64,000 nt of DNA from assembly GCF_009914755.1 (NCBI RefSeq), contig NC_060939.1. The stretch is one strand, 5' to 3'. This DNA is from the human T2T-CHM13v2.0 reference genome, Homo sapiens. Under the pieces are notes generated by a model. That model was not told the DNA's origin. It searched no databases and saw nothing but the letters and a program-made list of their open reading frames with translations. The position numbers were made by a program, and so were the translations under genes. Positions 56,641 through 64,000 of this stretch are shown piece after piece (the first letter of the stretch is position 1; each line of letters begins with the position of its first letter).

Positions 56641-56936
56641 AATTAAAATGGTAATGGGAACAAATAAAACACTGGGATTAGTGAATTCCAAAACAAATGG
56701 AATTTTCAATGCTATGAGAACAGTCTATTACAGTCACTTTTTATTACATTGATTTTAATTGAGCCTTTTGCTGTTTCTTGAGTGTTTTGTTTGATTTTTG
56801 TGGAAATATCTCTGTCCAACTTGTTAAAAACTTGTTGCCAGAATTTGAATGTAAATTCCTAATGGAATCAGGCTGACAATTTTTTTTTCACATAAATGCT
56901 CATTTTATGTTGACATTACTGAAATTATTTTTGAAG

Positions 56937-57017
56937 GGAGCAGTATGCAGAGGGGAAGATGAGAGGGGCTGCCCCAGGAAAGAAGACATCTGGTCTGCAA
57001 CAGAAAAATGTTGAAGT
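56937..57017 (+). CDS. MORF4L1: MORF4L1 exon 6 (EQYAEGKMRGAAPGKKTSGLQQKNVEV)
   Basis: ttgaag| … GT|gtaaga; 81 nt; internal ATG at 56959. Confidence 0.95.
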
Positions 57018-57455
57018 GTAAGAAGCTCTTTGTTTTGATTTTGCATACTATATGTGAAGATAATATTTTATGTTCATTGTGTGTTAGACTGTGTTGAAGT
57101 GGAAACTTTGGAACATTGTTGGAACCAGTAAGAATCCCATTCCTCAGGTATCAGGTCGTTAAAGTAGTTTAAAATAACGTATTCCTTAATTTTCCTCAGC
57201 AGGTTCCCCCTCCCTTTAACTTGTGTGTATAAATATATGTGTGTGATGTTTTCTCTTACAAAGATAGTACTAGTGGTTATAAGTTTTGAGATAACTTTTG
57301 GCAAGCCTTTTCAAACCTAAAAAGCAAGTGCTGGCAAGTGCTAAAAATACATACGAATTAACCTCCACTTTGGTGAAACTCATGGTAAGAATATGTGAGA
57401 AGTTAAGGTTTCAAATAACTGCCCTCCTCATCCCCACCCCTAAGAAAACCATTGC

Positions 57456-60506
<3,051 letters not shown>

Positions 60507-60659
60507 TAAAAATCCTTGTGTCTGAGTAGGACACATATTTACCACCTGATCCTTTATCCAAGTTAGTATTTCTCTGTGAACTTAACCCTGATAAAGGGAG
60601 TTGAAACAGAGGCAGTTTTACTGGAAATAATTATTTTTCTTTTTTTTCTCTCCTTTTAG

Positions 60660-60685
60660 GAAAACGAAAAAGAACAAACAGAAAA
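60660..60685 (+). CDS. MORF4L1: MORF4L1 exon 7, 26-nt microexon (KTKKNKQK)
   Basis: Long polypyrimidine tract + tag| … A|gtaaga; required to keep frame between exons 6 and 8. Confidence 0.93.
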
Positions 60686-61154
60686 GTAAGAATATTAACT
60701 TTCTTAACGTTAATTTATGTTACCTCTATGACATTGACGTTTTTATTTTGAAAGCTATGAAATTTTGGAGTAAGCTTATGTTTATTGATTATCTCAAATA
60801 GGAGTCTCACAGCAGTGTTATAAAATAGGTACATGGTGGTAGAGACCTCTTTTTGCCAAGGAGAAACTTGTGAGCATTTATTTTCATCTGCTTTAGTCTT
60901 AATGTCTCCCACTGAGAAGATAACATTTATAAATAAATGGAAGATGGTGATACTAAATGTTGTCTATACTAAATGTTCGGTAGAGCTCTTCATGAAAGTT
61001 GTATTTTTGGTAGGAATATGATTCTTTAACTTAGATTGAGGTAACAGCTGTGTAATGGAGAAATAATGAAAAGGGTTAATGTGTCAAGAGACTATTTTCC
61101 TTATAGAGTTTGTTAAATTAGCTAAATGAGACCCCTCCCCGCCAACATTTACAG

Positions 61155-61243
61155 CACCTGGAAATGGAGATGGTGGCAGTACCAGTGAGACCCCTCAGCC
61201 TCCTCGGAAGAAAAGGGCCCGGGTAGATCCTACTGTTGAAAAT
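61155..61243 (+). CDS. MORF4L1: MORF4L1 exon 8 (TPGNGDGGSTSETPQPPRKKRARVDPTVEN; NLS-like)
   Basis: tttacag| … AAT|gtgagt; 89 nt. Confidence 0.95.
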
Positions 61244-61882
61244 GTGAGTTTTTCTTGTGTTTATGAATAGCATGTTAGGATTTTTAGTCTCAGTTACATG
61301 ACATAACCATGGGAGCTTTGATTATCTACAAGATTTGCTTACATGGTTAATACCTGAAATTAAAAATTTTCTCTTTTGGGGGTAAAGGATAAATTTCTGT
61401 ATATCTTTATTTCACCTGTAGCTCCAGATTTACCTACCCAATTGATCATTTGTTGTGTAAGCTTCATGTTCACCTACAAGACTATTTCTTTGGTGTTACG
61501 TATTTATTTTTAGGAGTTAAAGATGTACCTTTAAGATGGTTGTGTTTGGAATAGTTTTGATATCCATGGTAAATAAGAAAATACTAAGTTAAAATGTATC
61601 AAGTCAGGGTGTTTCATTTCCTGAACAAGAGGAACCTTACTGAAGAATTTTTACCTTTACAAGAAAATGCACTAAATAGACTATAGTTCAGGTCAGATTC
61701 TTTTCTCCCAACAGCAAACCGCGTATGGTCGTTTTTATTAATGATTTTAAAAAATGACAGTACAGCTGTATGCTTGGCTACTTTAAGATTTATCCCTAGT
61801 GCCTCTAAAAGTCAGCTCCCCTCCATGTTTGGTATTTAGCAAGAAAGGTTAGGTTTTTAATACTCCTCCTGTTTCTGTTTAG

Positions 61883-61984
61883 GAGGAAACATTCATGAAC
61901 AGAGTTGAAGTTAAAGTAAAGATTCCTGAAGAGCTAAAACCGTGGCTTGTTGATGACTGGGACTTAATTACCAGGCAAAAACAG
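61883..61984 (+). CDS. MORF4L1: MORF4L1 exon 9 ([34 protein letters not shown]; start of MRG domain)
   Basis: gtttag| … CAG|gtaact; 102 nt. Confidence 0.96.
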
Positions 61985-62952
61985 GTAACTTGAAAAGCTA
62001 CCCAGATTGTTAAGCTATATGATACATTCTTGCTAGCAAAAAAAGTTTTTAAAGGAAAATGTTATATTGACTTGAATTATTAAGGTATGACTGATAAAAT
62101 AATATTTTAATTTAGAGGCTGAACACTTTAGAACTACTACCAGAAAGAGTAAGTTAGAAGAATAAAAGTTCACATATAAATTTTATGAGGTTATAATGAT
62201 AAAGGTGGAAATAACTCATTTTTGGAGATTGCTAGGGCAGGAACTCGTTCTGAAAATTCATAAAGGTGAAGAAGCATATGTCTTACTGTCATTGCTAATG
62301 GTAGGCCATAGAAAGCACACACCACCACCTGCAAGGTATTCATGACCCTGAAAAGAACCTGAATCTTACTAAGCGCCTGGATCTATTCTTAGTTTGCAGG
62401 AAATAGGATGTTTAATGGAGTGACATGTTTGTCAATCGTTGAACTCTATAATTGAGAATTTTATAGGACAAATGAAGCTATTTGAACAAATGGCATAGGT
62501 AGGGTTAGGGATAGTTGGGGGAGATGATTAGGGACTGCTTGAGGATTATGAGACTTAAGAGACCTATCAGTCATATACAGTATGTGGATATAGTTTGAAT
62601 TCTGATTTGAATCCTTTGGAGGGTTATGCAGTTACAGCTAAACTGCGAAGATTCAAGCATGGCTGTATCACTTATTATTTGTGAGTTTGGACAAGTTTCT
62701 TAGCCTTTTTGTGCTTCTGTTTTTGCATTTAATGGAATAATAGTTTGTATTTGACAATGCTGATGAGAGGACGAAAAGATAATTATTTTAATGCTTTAGA
62801 CTAGATCTAGCAAATAGTATGCATAACAGTAAATGATGACTTGGTAGTACCACAAAGGCACATTCGTGTCTGTTATGTGTGTGTGACAGATTGACATTTT
62901 TAAAAGCTGTGCTGTTCTGTCTAGTAGAGTCTCATTTGGCTGTTTAAATATA

Positions 62953-63048
62953 TAGATGCTCCATAACTTAGAATGGGGTTACATCGCAATAAACCCAGCA
63001 GAGAGTTGGAAAATTAAGTCCAAACCATTGTAAGTTGGGAACTGTCTG
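62953..63048. mobile_element. Miniature MER6-like (TcMar-Tigger) element with TA flanks
   Basis: ta|tagatgctccataacttagaatgggg … ccattgtaagttgggaactgtctg|ta; degenerate ~24-bp TIRs. Confidence 0.6.
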
Positions 63049-63209
63049 TAGTTTCTCAGCCACATTATCCATGTTTTAAGTGCTGAATAGTATCTTTCCT
63101 AATTTGAAATACTGTTACTGTTACCTGATCTTTGTATAAAAACTTGCCTGGTATGATTTTTCTTTAAAAAAGAGAGTGCTTATATTTAAGCATATTTTTG
63201 TCTTCATAG

Positions 63210-63298
63210 CTCTTTTATCTTCCTGCCAAGAAGAATGTGGATTCCATTCTTGAGGATTATGCAAATTACAAGAAATCTCGTGGAAACACAGATAATAA
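63210..63298 (+). CDS. MORF4L1: MORF4L1 exon 10 (LFYLPAKKNVDSILEDYANYKKSRGNTDNK)
   Basis: ttcatag| … AA|gtaaga; 89 nt. Confidence 0.96.
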
Positions 63299-63435
63299 GT
63301 AAGAATATACATTTTTCAGATGACACTCAAAAGACATTTAAAAAAGTTTCTAAATAAGTCATCTGAAACTTGTACTGACTCCGAAACATTAATACCACCA
63401 GAAACTAGCAAAATAGAATTTCACTGCTTTGACAC

Positions 63436-63588
63436 AGGAGTTGGCTGGCTGACTTTTTCTTAAAGGGCCAGATAGTAAATATTTTAGGTAAAATTTAAGC
63501 TATCATGTAGGTATTTGCATAACCATTTAAAATTTAACCATCTGAAAATGTAAGAATCATCTTAATTGCTTTAGTTTGTCAAACCCTG
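63436..63588 (+). mobile_element. MER58-like hAT-Charlie fragment
   Basis: actttttcttaaagggccagatagtaaatattttagg … tagtttgtcaaaccctg. Confidence 0.7.
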
Positions 63589-63728
63589 CTTTCATATGCC
63601 CTTTAAAAAAATCTCAGCTATGGTTCATTATTACTAGCTCAGCTTTTAATTCTTTAAATTGGTTGAATTATTCTCTATGTCAGTTATTTTTATTGACCAG
63701 TTTTGGAATATTTTTGTTCATTTATCAG

Positions 63729-63901
63729 GGAGTATGCGGTTAATGAAGTTGTGGCAGGGATAAAAGAATACTTCAACGTAATGTTGGGTACCCAGCTACT
63801 CTATAAATTTGAGAGACCACAGTATGCTGAAATTCTTGCAGATCATCCCGATGCACCCATGTCCCAGGTGTATGGAGCGCCACATCTCCTGAGATTATTT
63901 G
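63729..63901 (+). CDS. MORF4L1: MORF4L1 exon 11 ([32 protein letters not shown]...[10 protein letters not shown]); gene continues beyond the window
   Basis: ttatcag| … G|gtaata; 173 nt; MRG-domain signature [10 protein letters not shown] and [10 protein letters not shown]. Confidence 0.96.
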
Positions 63902-64000
63902 GTAATATGTCATGTAGAAAATAATGGATTTTACTTTTTGGGGGGTCTTCTCTAAATGAATAAGAGGTAAAGTAATTAACTTTCCAAAACATGACTCCCA

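Noticed and set aside
63703-63924. ORF-track 73-aa ORF as a standalone gene
   Set aside because: It is MORF4L1 exon 11 read with flanking intron sequence.

Overview
Primate (human-like) genomic DNA, very Alu-rich. It contains no prokaryotic-type systems. The MORF4L1 exons and tRNA-Lys-CTT match, from memory, the human 15q25.1 interval between ADAMTS7 and MORF4L1. In order, the window holds: (1) a CpG-rich, intronless RXFP3/RXFP4-family GPCR pseudogene (614-1689, +) with a 1-nt frameshift and a TGG>TGA stop; (2) a ~40 kb repeat-dense intergenic stretch containing a solo LTR12C (ERV9) inserted into an Alu with a 4-bp TSD, a tRNA-Lys(CTT) gene next to a CTCF-like motif, a full-length RPL21 processed pseudogene with a 15-bp TSD, and old L1/L2/MIR/MaLR/DNA-transposon fragments; (3) the CpG-island promoter and first 11 coding exons of MORF4L1 (MRG15), including the 117-nt cassette exon that splits the chromodomain. 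The gene runs off the right edge. Nearly all other ORF-track entries are Alu/LTR artefacts. I cannot support a wholly new biological system here. The best leads are the nearly intact GPCR relic with promoter-like and CRE motifs, the ATG-TAG start-stop plus G-quadruplex in the MORF4L1 5'UTR, a YY1-rich candidate alternative first exon, the LTR12C promoter facing MORF4L1, a CTCF/tDNA boundary candidate, and an inverted L1 duplication at 19.1/21.4 kb. Repeat boundaries are approximate and subfamily names come from recalled consensus sequences.
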